64,000 nt of DNA from Patescibacteria group bacterium (GTDB lineage: Bacteria > Patescibacteriota > Patescibacteriia > 2-01-FULL-39-33), in contig JBAZMW010000003.1 in assembly GCA_041649575.1 (NCBI GenBank), forward strand, positions 58,102 to 122,101. Direction: 5' to 3'. The position numbers and the translations under genes were made by a program. The notes below the pieces were generated by a model. The model did not search any database and had not been told where the DNA came from. It saw only the letters and a program-made list of their open reading frames with translations. Every line of letters starts with the position of its first letter. Position 1 is the stretch's first letter. This document shows positions 18,159 to 26,581 of this stretch, piece after piece.

Positions 18159-18557
18159 TCAATAGTTGTGAATATTGTCTTCCAAAACACCGCCCATTGA
18201 GTTCTCTCTGGGCTGAACCGTATTTGGGGTCATGAGCCCACCAACAATAAACACGGGGTGTGAAAAATGTCCTTGGGATAATTTCCTTGCTCTGGCGCGA
18301 TCCTTAGACAACGCCATTCGGAAGAATAAATTACCTTGTTCTGCGGGCTGGCGTCCGTGGAGACCAGCTAAGTTTAACTTCGCAGTAATGGTAATTATAT
18401 CACAATCGAAAATTTTTATGAAGATAGATATCTGCATTAGCTCCTCGGCTCGAAAATTTAAAAGATTACTTTTACATTTCTCTCGCTCTACGTCGCTTAT
18501 AAAAAAGAGAGGCCTCGGTGCGATGACCAAGGTCTCAAGTGTCCAAGTGTCCAACAA
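18159..18557 (-). CDS. hypothetical ORF between VR and TR (coding status doubtful)
   Basis: 132-aa ORF at the position where avd usually sits, but no four-helix-bundle-like sequence; may be non-coding TR-upstream sequence. Confidence 0.2.
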   Translation of the reverse strand: MLDTWTLETLVIAPRPLFFISDVEREKCKSNLLNFRAEELMQISIFIKIFDCDIITITAKLNLAGLHGRQPAEQGNLFFRMALSKDRARARKLSQGHFSHPVFIVGGLMTPNTVQPRENSMGGVLEDNIHNY

Positions 18558-18581
18558 TCCGAGGCGAGAGCGCCAAGGATC

Positions 18582-19310
18582 CTACTTACCGAGCTTCTCC
18601 ACCCCCAGGAGCACGAAGCCGATCATGCCGTCGCCACCCTCGCCCCAGTCGCGGCAGCGGAGCCCGACGCCGCCGAAGCCGCCAGCAATGAGACGACTGC
18701 CGTCGCGCAAGGTGTCAGACGCCATGTAGAGACGATTCAGCGGTACACGTTCGCCCGTACGCTTGAAATGCGCGAGGATAAGAGCGAACTGAAGCTGAAT
18801 CGAGCCGAATGTTGTGGCGTGATTACCGGGCAATTCGTAGCGCTGTTTGAGTTCGGCGCGGTGCTTTTCCATCGCTTTGATGTTCTTACCCGTGCTGTTT
18901 TCTGCCAGGCGAGGAATCCAGAACACCAAGCAATCGTCGGTGGGGTTGTCGTTGAAATTCCAGCTCTGGAGGTAGCCGAGATTCTCGTAGCAAGGACCGA
19001 CAATCGGGGCGTGCTTCTTCAACGTGAAGCCCTGCTTGATAAGCCATACAACAGGCCCCGTGTAGCCCATCAGAGCCGCCAGTTTACGCCAGGGGGCGAG
19101 ACGGTCTGTGAACTGTGGGAACTGCTCCAGCATCTTACTATCGGATAAGGGAATGGCGAAAGTATTCGCGATTTCTTCTTGCACGAGTGCGGCGAGGAAC
19201 TCTTTCACCTTTCCTGGCTTATCGGCAAAAACCGACATCTCTTCATCGCTGAGGCCATTAAGTGTGGCCAATACCGATACTGCACTTGCCTTACGGTCTG
19301 TCGTCTTCAT
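18582..19310 (-). CDS. DGR target (variable) protein, C-terminal VR; likely C-type-lectin / FGE-like fold
   Basis: 242 aa, about 58% GC; VR occupies the last about 43 codons before the stop (...GFVLLGVEKLGK*); the TR carries AAC codons at the variable sites. Confidence 0.8.
   Translation of the reverse strand: MKTTDRKASAVSVLATLNGLSDEEMSVFADKPGKVKEFLAALVQEEIANTFAIPLSDSKMLEQFPQFTDRLAPWRKLAALMGYTGPVVWLIKQGFTLKKHAPIVGPCYENLGYLQSWNFNDNPTDDCLVFWIPRLAENSTGKNIKAMEKHRAELKQRYELPGNHATTFGSIQLQFALILAHFKRTGERVPLNRLYMASDTLRDGSRLIAGGFGGVGLRCRDWGEGGDGMIGFVLLGVEKLGK
18606..18713 (-). repeat. DGR variable repeat (VR), 108 bp, at the 3-prime end of the target gene
   Basis: TR homolog in which TR adenines are replaced by G/C/T; encodes TLRDGSRLIAGGFGGVGLRCRDWGEGGDGMIGFVLL; followed by GC-rich GGGGTGGAGAAGCTCGG (IMH-like). 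Confidence 0.85.
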
Positions 19311-19512
19311 AACTTGCCTTTCTGCCTACCTGAGGCAGTATTCCCAACCACCATGGCCGAGAAAAAGATGGGGCATTCAGTGGTCCCAACTTTCTTTCTG
19401 CATAATTTACCCTGTAGGAATAGGCACTCAAATTCCACAGGGTTTATCTTAAATTAAACAAAAAGAAAGCTGGAACCTAAAACTTATCAATATATTAATG
19501 AACTAATAATAT

Positions 19513-19541
19513 ATTATACGGCATATGACAAAATTTGTCAA
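19513..19541 (-). promoter_or_regulatory. perfect consensus TTGACA-N17-TATAAT promoter upstream of the DGR target gene
   Basis: on the minus strand: TTGACA (19541-19536), 17-nt spacer, TATAAT (19518-19513); about 200-nt structured leader to the ATG at 19310. Confidence 0.55.
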
Positions 19542-19567
19542 TCAAATAACTATCCTTAATAAATATT

Positions 19568-19649
19568 TGGGCCGGGAGGGATTCGAACCCCCGAAGGCAA
19601 AGCCAAGAGATTTACAGTCTCCCCCATTTGACCGCTTTGGTACCGACCC
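19568..19649 (-). tRNA. tRNA-Tyr (anticodon GTA), class II with long variable arm
   Basis: manual fold: acceptor GGGTCGG/CCGGCCC (one G-U), anticodon stem GGAGA/TCTCT with loop CTGTAAA, long variable arm TGGCTTTGCCTTC, T arm GGGGGTTCGAATCCCTC. Confidence 0.75.
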
Positions 19650-19668
19650 ATACTAACTGTTATACTTG

Positions 19669-19741
19669 AGCCGTTGATCGGATTTGAACCGATGACCTAC
19701 TCCTTACCATGGAGTTGCTCTACCAACTGAGCTACAACGGC
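19669..19741 (-). tRNA. tRNA-Thr (anticodon GGT)
   Basis: manual fold: acceptor GCCGTTG/CAACGGC, D arm TAGCTCAGTTGGTAGAGC, anticodon stem ACTCC/GGAGT with loop ATGGTAA, T arm ATCGGTTCAAATCCGAT. Confidence 0.8.
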
Positions 19742-19770
19742 ATATAGATTGTTTTGATTAATTACAGCTT

Positions 19771-19841
19771 ACAATCAGACTGGATCCAACTGAGCTATCC
19801 GCCTCGGCTCGCCTTGCTCGCCAAGGCGAGACGGGCAACGG
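19771..19841 (-). pseudogene. decayed tRNA paralog (tRNA-Thr-like acceptor GCCGTTG + 38-nt GC hairpin insertion + D arm TAGCTCAGTTGG, no T arm)
   Basis: the 5-prime acceptor and D arm are identical to the adjacent tRNA-Thr(GGT); the anticodon and T arm are not recognisable; flanked by 26-bp direct repeats (19735-19762 / 19836-19862). Confidence 0.35.
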
Positions 19842-19887
19842 CTTATAGATTGTTTTTGATTTAAGTTTTTTTATTCTAACAAATAAT

Positions 19888-20751
19888 TCACATTTTTTCA
19901 ATAGCTTCTCTAAAATCATCTAATTTGCCGTTTTCCGAATTAATCTCGCTAAGCCGGTTGAAAGTCTTCTTGGCCAAGCTCTTCTCCCCCAACTTGATAC
20001 TTAACTCTATTAATTTATCGAGATATTTGGGGTTGTTGGGCACAATGGAAGCCGCTTTCAGATAACAATCCAATGCCTTGTCTGCTTTATCCATTATTTC
20101 ATAAATTTGCCCCAAGTCATCATAATAAACAGCCAGTTGCGGTTCAATGTCTAAAGAACTCAAAAAATCCGTTTCTAATTCTTCGAGACGCTCTCCCTTG
20201 ACCGCCACCGCCTGATTGAATTTTTTGTTGGCCAAGCTTAATTTCAAAAGATACTGGTAAATTTCTTCGGCTTGATTATAATCTTTACGGTAAAAATATA
20301 ACTTGCCCAACAGCTCATAGGCCTCTTTGTTCTTTTTGTCCTTGGCAATGACTTCTATCAGCCTCTTTTCGGCCAAAGAAAAATCCTCCTCGGCGACCAA
20401 TTCTTTGGCTTCGGCAATCAACTCATCGGTTGTAGGAATCTTGATCGGCTCACTGCTTTCTTTAGCCTGGTATTTATGCTCCAAATTGGAAACCCAGGCT
20501 TTTAACTTTTTGAATTGCTCGGCAGCCCTCTGTCCGCGCCCGGAAAAAACACTTCTGATCCTGATCGCCGCCTTGCTGCTATTTCTAAAAAATTTGGCCT
20601 GTAGAATCTTGGCCTTGGCCGAAGCTTGTTTTTCTTCTTTCAGGGAGTTAATATTGATATTTCTCAAGTCGGGCAGATGTTTAAATAATAAATAAAACAA
20701 GCCGGCCAAACTGGCGACGATAATAACGATTAAAATAATTACCAATAACAT
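19888..20751 (-). CDS. membrane-anchored TPR-repeat protein
   Basis: N-terminal TM helix (LLVIILIVIIVASLAGLFYLLF) followed by TPR-like repeats (AYELLGKLYFYRKDYNQAEEIYQYLLKL ... ALDCYLKAASIVPNNPKYL). Confidence 0.65.
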   Translation of the reverse strand: MLLVIILIVIIVASLAGLFYLLFKHLPDLRNININSLKEEKQASAKAKILQAKFFRNSSKAAIRIRSVFSGRGQRAAEQFKKLKAWVSNLEHKYQAKESSEPIKIPTTDELIAEAKELVAEEDFSLAEKRLIEVIAKDKKNKEAYELLGKLYFYRKDYNQAEEIYQYLLKLSLANKKFNQAVAVKGERLEELETDFLSSLDIEPQLAVYYDDLGQIYEIMDKADKALDCYLKAASIVPNNPKYLDKLIELSIKLGEKSLAKKTFNRLSEINSENGKLDDFREAIEKM

Positions 20752-20762
20752 TTCTTGAGTGA

Positions 20763-21629
20763 TTAATTGCCGCTACCAAAAATTTCAATCTTGGCTATAA
20801 CGTCGTCTCTTACCGCCTCGATGGAAGGAGCTAAGATTCTGCGCGGGTCATAAAACTTTTCAAATTCCTTGGCGGCAATGGTTTTTTTCAGGGTTTGCGT
20901 GAAAGCTAGGCGTAAAGTAGTATCGATGTTAATAATCCTTACGCCATTTTTTATTGCCTGCCTGATGTCGTCGGGGTTGGTGCCCGAAGCGCCGTGCAGT
21001 ACCAGTGGTAATTCGACTTCTTTATTAATTTTTACCAACCTCTTTAAATCAATTATTTCCTTGCCCTCAAAAGCGCCGTGCATGGTGCCGACAGAAACCG
21101 CCAAAGTGTCAATCCCTGTCCTGGCCACAAATTCTTTCACCCGACTGGGATCGGTCATAAATTTATTGGGGTCTTTGGGCAGCTCCACTTCAGTCATGCC
21201 TTCTTTGCCAAAAATAGTCCCCAGCTCTCCCTGCGCCCAAGCGCCGAAACGATGAGCATAATCGACCGACTGCTTGGTAATGGTAATATTTTCTTCAAAG
21301 GGCAGGTCGGAGGCATCGATGTGAATGGAAGAAAACCCGGCCCTGATGCATTCTACCACCGAACGAAAACTTTTACCGTGATCCAAATGCAAAGCCACCG
21401 GAATCTCCCGGCCTTCATTGTTGGCAACCGATTCGATTAGGCTGACTATGGTCTTTAAGCCGGCATAATTAATGGTGGACTCGGAAACTTGAACAATCAT
21501 TGGCGATTTTTTGGCCAAAGCGCCACGAAAAATTCCCAAAGTCATCTCCAGATTGGAAGTGTTAAAAGCGCCCAAAGCAAACTCTCCGGCTATGGCCTTT
21601 TTTACTATCTCCTTAATGTGAATAAGCAT
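20763..21629 (-). CDS. fba: class II fructose-/tagatose-bisphosphate aldolase
   Basis: VALHLDHG and GASG motifs of class II ketose-bisphosphate aldolases. Confidence 0.85.
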   Translation of the reverse strand: MLIHIKEIVKKAIAGEFALGAFNTSNLEMTLGIFRGALAKKSPMIVQVSESTINYAGLKTIVSLIESVANNEGREIPVALHLDHGKSFRSVVECIRAGFSSIHIDASDLPFEENITITKQSVDYAHRFGAWAQGELGTIFGKEGMTEVELPKDPNKFMTDPSRVKEFVARTGIDTLAVSVGTMHGAFEGKEIIDLKRLVKINKEVELPLVLHGASGTNPDDIRQAIKNGVRIINIDTTLRLAFTQTLKKTIAAKEFEKFYDPRRILAPSIEAVRDDVIAKIEIFGSGN

Positions 21630-21638
21630 AAATTAAAA

Positions 21639-22448
21639 TTAAATTCTATAATTTTCCACTAATTTAATAAATTCTTCGGCGCTTAAACTGGCCTGGCCGA
21701 CCAAAAAGCCCTCTACTAATTCTTGGCTGGAAAAATCGCCAAGCAAATCGGCCTCCATACTGCCGCCATAGATCAGCCTAATATTATTGTTGATTATTGT
21801 CAACGGGAATAAATCTCTTAGGGACTGCTTGATTATGCTCAAAACCTCCCCAGTTTCTTCGGCGGTAGCGTGCGGTCCCGGGCTGATAGCCCAAACCGGC
21901 TCATAAGCGATCACCAGTTTTTCCTGCTCGACTAAATCAACTCCCGCCAGCGCTCTGGTCAGCTGCCGCAAAATTTTGTTGCCAGTTGATCCCTCTTGCC
22001 GTTCACTAAGATTCTCGCCGACGCAAAGAACGGGTGTGAGGCCATTATCCAGACAAGCTAAAACTTTTTTATTAATCATCTCGTCCGTTTCGCCCAAATT
22101 TTGTCTTCTCTCGGAATGACCAACAATCACGTATTGGCAACCCAAATCTTTTAAATACACTGGCGAAATTTCTCCCGTAAAAGACCCGGCCGTCTCCCAA
22201 AAAACATCTTGGGCGCCCAAAACTAAATTAGTGCCTTTCAGTATTTCTCCTACCGGAAACAAGCTGGTAAAAGCCGGGCAAATGACCACTTCTTTTTCGG
22301 TCGGCATGTCTTTCAGTCGTTGTTTTAAATTTTGAGCCAATTCCAGCGACTCGCTGGAAGCTAAATTCATTTTCCAGTTGGCGATAAAAATCGGCTTTTT
22401 CGGCAAAACCGGAATCGAGGTTTCTTTTGGTTGTTGATTAAAAAACAT
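21639..22448 (-). CDS. tpiA: triosephosphate isomerase
   Basis: ANWKMN, GHSERR and GGS signatures. Confidence 0.9.
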   Translation of the reverse strand: MFFNQQPKETSIPVLPKKPIFIANWKMNLASSESLELAQNLKQRLKDMPTEKEVVICPAFTSLFPVGEILKGTNLVLGAQDVFWETAGSFTGEISPVYLKDLGCQYVIVGHSERRQNLGETDEMINKKVLACLDNGLTPVLCVGENLSERQEGSTGNKILRQLTRALAGVDLVEQEKLVIAYEPVWAISPGPHATAEETGEVLSIIKQSLRDLFPLTIINNNIRLIYGGSMEADLLGDFSSQELVEGFLVGQASLSAEEFIKLVENYRI

Positions 22449-22457
22449 TGGCAGATT

Positions 22458-23378
22458 TTACCATTGATAATTATTAAAAGCCCAATAAGCCAAACTTTTG
22501 GTGTCGGTAAAGCGGCTGGTAATAGTGGGGCTGCCCAAAACAGCGACCAAAACTTGACGATTTCTTTCATCGGCCACCTGACTGACAAAACAATAACCCG
22601 CTTGTTCCAAGTAACCGGTTTTACCAGCTTCGATTTTATAACGACCGTCGCCCAAGCCAAAATCTTGGCCCAATATTTTATCAGTGTTTTGCACTTTCCT
22701 GATAACGCCTTTATCGCCAACGGCAAAACTGTATTCCTTTAGGGCGGTGGCGCGCTTAATTTCCGGCTGGATAAAGGCGGCTCGGGCCAGTTTGATTACA
22801 TCCAGGGCGCTGGCCTTATTCTTATTGTCGAGGCCGCTGGGGTCTGTAAAATTTGCCTCGGTCATCTTTAGTTCTTTGGCTTTTAAATTCATCGCCCTAG
22901 TAAATTCTTCCGCCGACAAGCCGGTAGAACGAGCCAGGGCCAAAGCTCCCTCGTTGGAAGAAGCCACTAAGGTGGAGTAAAACAGATCTTTGACTTTAAT
23001 CTTTTCGCCGGCAAAAAAATAGTTAATACCGCCGTCACGATAATCGGTTTCCGAAATCGTCACCTCTTTTTCCCAGCCGGGATTATGCTCAAGAAAAACC
23101 AAAGCCGTCATCAACTTGGTAATACTGGCGATGGAACGAGCGGTTTGCGAACCAGATTCAAAAAGAATTTTGCCGGTAGTGGGCTCCACCACCACAAAAT
23201 TTCGCGCGCTGATTTTGACCCCCAGACTTTGGCTGGAAAAGTCACGTTGCGGCAAAACACTGGCCAGAGGTTTGTTGTCGGCAGCAGGCAAACGATTGTC
23301 GCCGGTAGGTAGTGGCGCGGCTACTTGCGCCTGAAAAAACAAACTGGCTAAAAGTAAATTAACAACCAACTCCCACAT
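22458..23378 (-). CDS. D-alanyl-D-alanine carboxypeptidase (peptidase S11 / PBP5-like)
   Basis: N-terminal signal-like segment; SITK (SxxK) active-site motif. Confidence 0.75.
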   Translation of the reverse strand: MWELVVNLLLASLFFQAQVAAPLPTGDNRLPAADNKPLASVLPQRDFSSQSLGVKISARNFVVVEPTTGKILFESGSQTARSIASITKLMTALVFLEHNPGWEKEVTISETDYRDGGINYFFAGEKIKVKDLFYSTLVASSNEGALALARSTGLSAEEFTRAMNLKAKELKMTEANFTDPSGLDNKNKASALDVIKLARAAFIQPEIKRATALKEYSFAVGDKGVIRKVQNTDKILGQDFGLGDGRYKIEAGKTGYLEQAGYCFVSQVADERNRQVLVAVLGSPTITSRFTDTKSLAYWAFNNYQW

Positions 23379-23406
23379 TGTTTTAAAAATTTATTTATCT
23401 CAAAGC

Positions 23407-23952
23407 TTAACCGTTATTTTCTAGGCCGGTTAGCAATTTTCCTAAGTTATTATTACGATTTAGCTGCTCATAATCGGGCAACTCCTCCACTTTATTCAAA
23501 CCCAGATAGCTCAAAAAATTAAAAGTGATGCTATAGAGCGTGCCGCGACGGCTGTCTTCCTGGCTCTCTACCAATCCTCGCATCAATAAATTCCTTAAAA
23601 TCAAGCTGCAATTAATGCCACGAATCATTTCCAGTTCTGCTTTAGAAATCGGGCCGCGGTAAGCGACGATAGTCAGGGTTTCCAAAGACGGCCTGGTCAA
23701 TTCGCCAGTCAGCTCGCTTTTGACAAATTTTTTGACCACCTCACTGGAATCGCCGGCAGTCACCATCTGATATTTATCACCTAAAACCGATATTTTTATG
23801 CCCCCTTGCCGCTTTTCATATTCCTGGTTCAGTTCGTTTAAAGCCGACCTGGTTTCTTCCGGGTCAGTCGCCACGAGCTTGGCCAGCTCCTTGACGCTTA
23901 GGGACTTGGCGGCGATAAACAGCAGGCTTTCGAGTTGGTTTTTTATTTTCAT
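23407..23952 (-). CDS. scpB: segregation and condensation protein B
   Basis: ScpB signature SLETLTIVAYRGPISKAELEMIRG; overlaps scpA stop. Confidence 0.85.
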   Translation of the reverse strand: MKIKNQLESLLFIAAKSLSVKELAKLVATDPEETRSALNELNQEYEKRQGGIKISVLGDKYQMVTAGDSSEVVKKFVKSELTGELTRPSLETLTIVAYRGPISKAELEMIRGINCSLILRNLLMRGLVESQEDSRRGTLYSITFNFLSYLGLNKVEELPDYEQLNRNNNLGKLLTGLENNG

Positions 23953-24647
23953 AAATTAATTCCTTCTATAATTATCTCATCAAAAACGCCTTTTTGTTTC
24001 ACAGCCACTTCGCCGTTTTTTATCAACTCTAGAAGCGCAATAAAACAAATAACCGCCTCGGCGCGAGAACTGACTTTGGTCAAAATTTCCTGGAAATTAA
24101 TTTTTTTGATCCGCGCCAAGGAATTTTTGATGTTGGCTACCATTTCTCTAAGGGTCACCGTTCGTTCCAATACTTTTTGCGGCAGATTGACCACGTAGCT
24201 GATACGATTCAAAATCTCGTTAAAAACAGTGGTCAAATCCGCCAGCTTAAGCCGCGCCGGCGGGCTAAAAGTCGGCTCCGGCGACTCGGCAATCTTCTCT
24301 CTAAAAAAAGAAAAACGCTGCCGACTCAAGATGGCTTCGATGTTTTTCGAAGCCGCCAAATAATCCTTATAAATTTTTAATTGGGCTTCAAGCTGCTCGG
24401 CGCTATCTTCTTCGTCATCCGCCACCTCCGGCAAAAGCGTTTTTGATTTGATCACTAGCAGCTTGGTGGCTACCACCAAAAAATCCGCCAGTTCCAGGGC
24501 GCTAATGTCATTATTATCTAAATAGTAAAGATACTGATCGGTGACTTCGGCCAAAGCGACCTGGGAGATATCCAGTTTTTGGTCCTCGATAAGCCCCAAC
24601 AATAAATCCAAAGGGCCGCTGAATTGTTCAAGCTCGATTTGATACAT
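23949..24647 (-). CDS. scpA: segregation and condensation protein A
   Basis: ScpA N-terminal signature FSGPLDLLLGLIEDQKLDISQVALAEVTDQY. Confidence 0.85.
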   Translation of the reverse strand: MYQIELEQFSGPLDLLLGLIEDQKLDISQVALAEVTDQYLYYLDNNDISALELADFLVVATKLLVIKSKTLLPEVADDEEDSAEQLEAQLKIYKDYLAASKNIEAILSRQRFSFFREKIAESPEPTFSPPARLKLADLTTVFNEILNRISYVVNLPQKVLERTVTLREMVANIKNSLARIKKINFQEILTKVSSRAEAVICFIALLELIKNGEVAVKQKGVFDEIIIEGINL

Positions 24648-24697
24648 TAAATAAAATTTTCAAGTAATTCTTAAAGTTCCGGTTTTAGAATTAAAAA

Positions 24698-25294
24698 TTA
24701 TTTATTTCTTCTCTTGGTCGATTTTTTCTTGGCAATTTTTTTGGCTGCCTTTCTGACTGGTTTTTTCTTGGCTATCTTGGCTTTTATTTTCTTCATTTGC
24801 TTTTCAACTTTCTTGGGAATTTTATAACCGCCCTTCATGGCGATGTCGGCCAACTTGGCTTCTTCCAGCTGGACAAAATCTCTGACTTTCATTAAGACGC
24901 TGTCGGTGAAACTACCGGTAGAAAAAACGGCTTTTTTGGTTTTGAGCATGGCTTTGTCAACCAGAGTCTCAAGTTGGTGCAATTTACCGAAAGAAGAAAT
25001 CGCACCCGGCTTGATTTTCAGAATTTTGACCATGATTTGCTCTTTGGGAATAGAAACCTTTTTTACTCTTAGAGCCTTCTTTAATTTATTAAGATCGATC
25101 TTTTTGTCCGCCGGAACAATCACCAAGACAAAAGTTTTATCGGCCTGAATTAATAAATTTTTGGCAATTTCTTTAAGCTCTTTTTTGAGCGTTTGAGCGG
25201 CATCATAGGCGGTAAAAACCGTCTTATGAGCCACCTCCTCGTAGTCGATACCGGTTTTGTCTAAATAACTTTTGATTTTTTGAGGGATAGACAT
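24698..25294 (-). CDS. YbaK/ProX-like aminoacyl-tRNA deacylase domain protein with Lys-rich C-terminal tail
   Basis: YbaK-like core (KNLLIQADKTFVLVIVPADKKIDLNKLKK ... PGAISSFG); C-terminal KKIKAKIAKKKPVRKAAKKIAKKKSTKRRNK. Confidence 0.55.
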   Translation of the reverse strand: MSIPQKIKSYLDKTGIDYEEVAHKTVFTAYDAAQTLKKELKEIAKNLLIQADKTFVLVIVPADKKIDLNKLKKALRVKKVSIPKEQIMVKILKIKPGAISSFGKLHQLETLVDKAMLKTKKAVFSTGSFTDSVLMKVRDFVQLEEAKLADIAMKGGYKIPKKVEKQMKKIKAKIAKKKPVRKAAKKIAKKKSTKRRNK

Positions 25295-25317
25295 ATGATT
25301 TTTTGGTTAATTATTTT

Positions 25318-26247
25318 TTATCTGGGCACAATCGCGCCTGGCTCCCCAACTTGCAAGTTACCACCGCTTAATTTGACATTAAAACACTGATAACCGGCGC
25401 CGTGGCTGTACCATTCTTTGCCGGGAACCGGTTCGTTGGGATTGTTTGAAGCTAGAGAAAAAGTGGCGCACAGGGCATATTCGCCATCGCCAAAAACTTG
25501 ATAGTCGTAGGGCTTCTTGGTTTCGGGGTCGGCCAAGGTTATATTGGCGGCGGCCAAATCACTGGGCAATTTTTTGTCTTTGATATAATAAGAGGCTAGT
25601 TGAGAACTGACAGAAGTCAAATCACTGGCTCTTTGTAAATCAAGGCTCCTCTCTCTGCTCTTTTGGGGAGAATCGATTATAAAAAAGCTGCCCAAAACCG
25701 AGGCTAAGGCGACGATAATGATCGCCACCAGAAAAGCAACCGAGACGGCACTTTTATAATTATAACTTTTTCTTTTCAGGTCATAAAAATAATAACCGAA
25801 AATACCGCCGGCGATCAGCAGAATAACAATAATCTTCAAAAAAACACTCAAGGTGTAATCTCCGTCCAGTAGCCGGAAAACCACGGCAATCAAATCACCG
25901 ATGAGCACGAGCGCGGAAACAAAAAGCATCAAATAAGTCAGCCAGCGATAGATGCCGCTGGTATGGTTGAGCTCTTCTTTGCGATATTTTTTATGAAGCA
26001 AGCTGATGACCGCCAAAAAAACCGGAGTAATAATCAAGGTTGAGGCGACATTGAACTTGAGGGCGGTTTGGGAAAAGTTGCTGACGCTGGAAAAGAGCAG
26101 GTTGGGCGAAAAAAACTTATTGATGATCTGAAATAAAACCCCGCCAAGAGAAAGCGACATCCAGCCCAAGGTAACCAGACTTAGCAAATTAAGAAAAGCG
26201 TCTAAAGCGCCTTTTTCTTTGTATAAATTTTGATTGTTGCCTTCCAT
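25318..26247 (-). CDS. hypothetical integral membrane protein
   Basis: about 5 hydrophobic helices; no catalytic motif recognised. Confidence 0.45.
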   Translation of the reverse strand: MEGNNQNLYKEKGALDAFLNLLSLVTLGWMSLSLGGVLFQIINKFFSPNLLFSSVSNFSQTALKFNVASTLIITPVFLAVISLLHKKYRKEELNHTSGIYRWLTYLMLFVSALVLIGDLIAVVFRLLDGDYTLSVFLKIIVILLIAGGIFGYYFYDLKRKSYNYKSAVSVAFLVAIIIVALASVLGSFFIIDSPQKSRERSLDLQRASDLTSVSSQLASYYIKDKKLPSDLAAANITLADPETKKPYDYQVFGDGEYALCATFSLASNNPNEPVPGKEWYSHGAGYQCFNVKLSGGNLQVGEPGAIVPR

Positions 26248-26255
26248 ATTTTTGA

Positions 26256-26576
26256 TTATTTATTATTTTTTAATTTGTTTTTGAGAGGTAATGCTTGCTG
26301 CTCACCCAGCAGTTTCTTGGCTGTCCTTAAACCGGCAGGAGTAAGAATCACTTCTTTGATAAACCATTTTTGGGCCGTCTTAATGCCCACTCCTTTTATC
26401 AGCCCTCGGCCAATAAGCCGCTCTACACTTTTGGTAATGACGTTTTCTTGATCAATTTTTTTGGGCGGTTGCTTTTGCGACAAATAAAAATTATTCAAAA
26501 CCGTTTTAGAAACAGCGCGCTTCTTGCTCTCCAGCCCTTGACGCAAAACATATTTTTGCAACGAAGAGAGCGCCAT
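26256..26576 (-). CDS. hypothetical small basic protein
   Basis: 106 aa, Lys/Arg-rich; no motif recognised. Confidence 0.35.
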   Translation of the reverse strand: MALSSLQKYVLRQGLESKKRAVSKTVLNNFYLSQKQPPKKIDQENVITKSVERLIGRGLIKGVGIKTAQKWFIKEVILTPAGLRTAKKLLGEQQALPLKNKLKNNK

Positions 26577-26581
26577 AATCT

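Noticed and set aside
17866-18200. ORFs (17866..18162 minus; 17893..18165 and 17916..18200 plus) considered as alternative avd candidates
   Set aside because: They read through the TR in non-target frames and do not match the four-helix-bundle pattern; the TR is normally non-coding.
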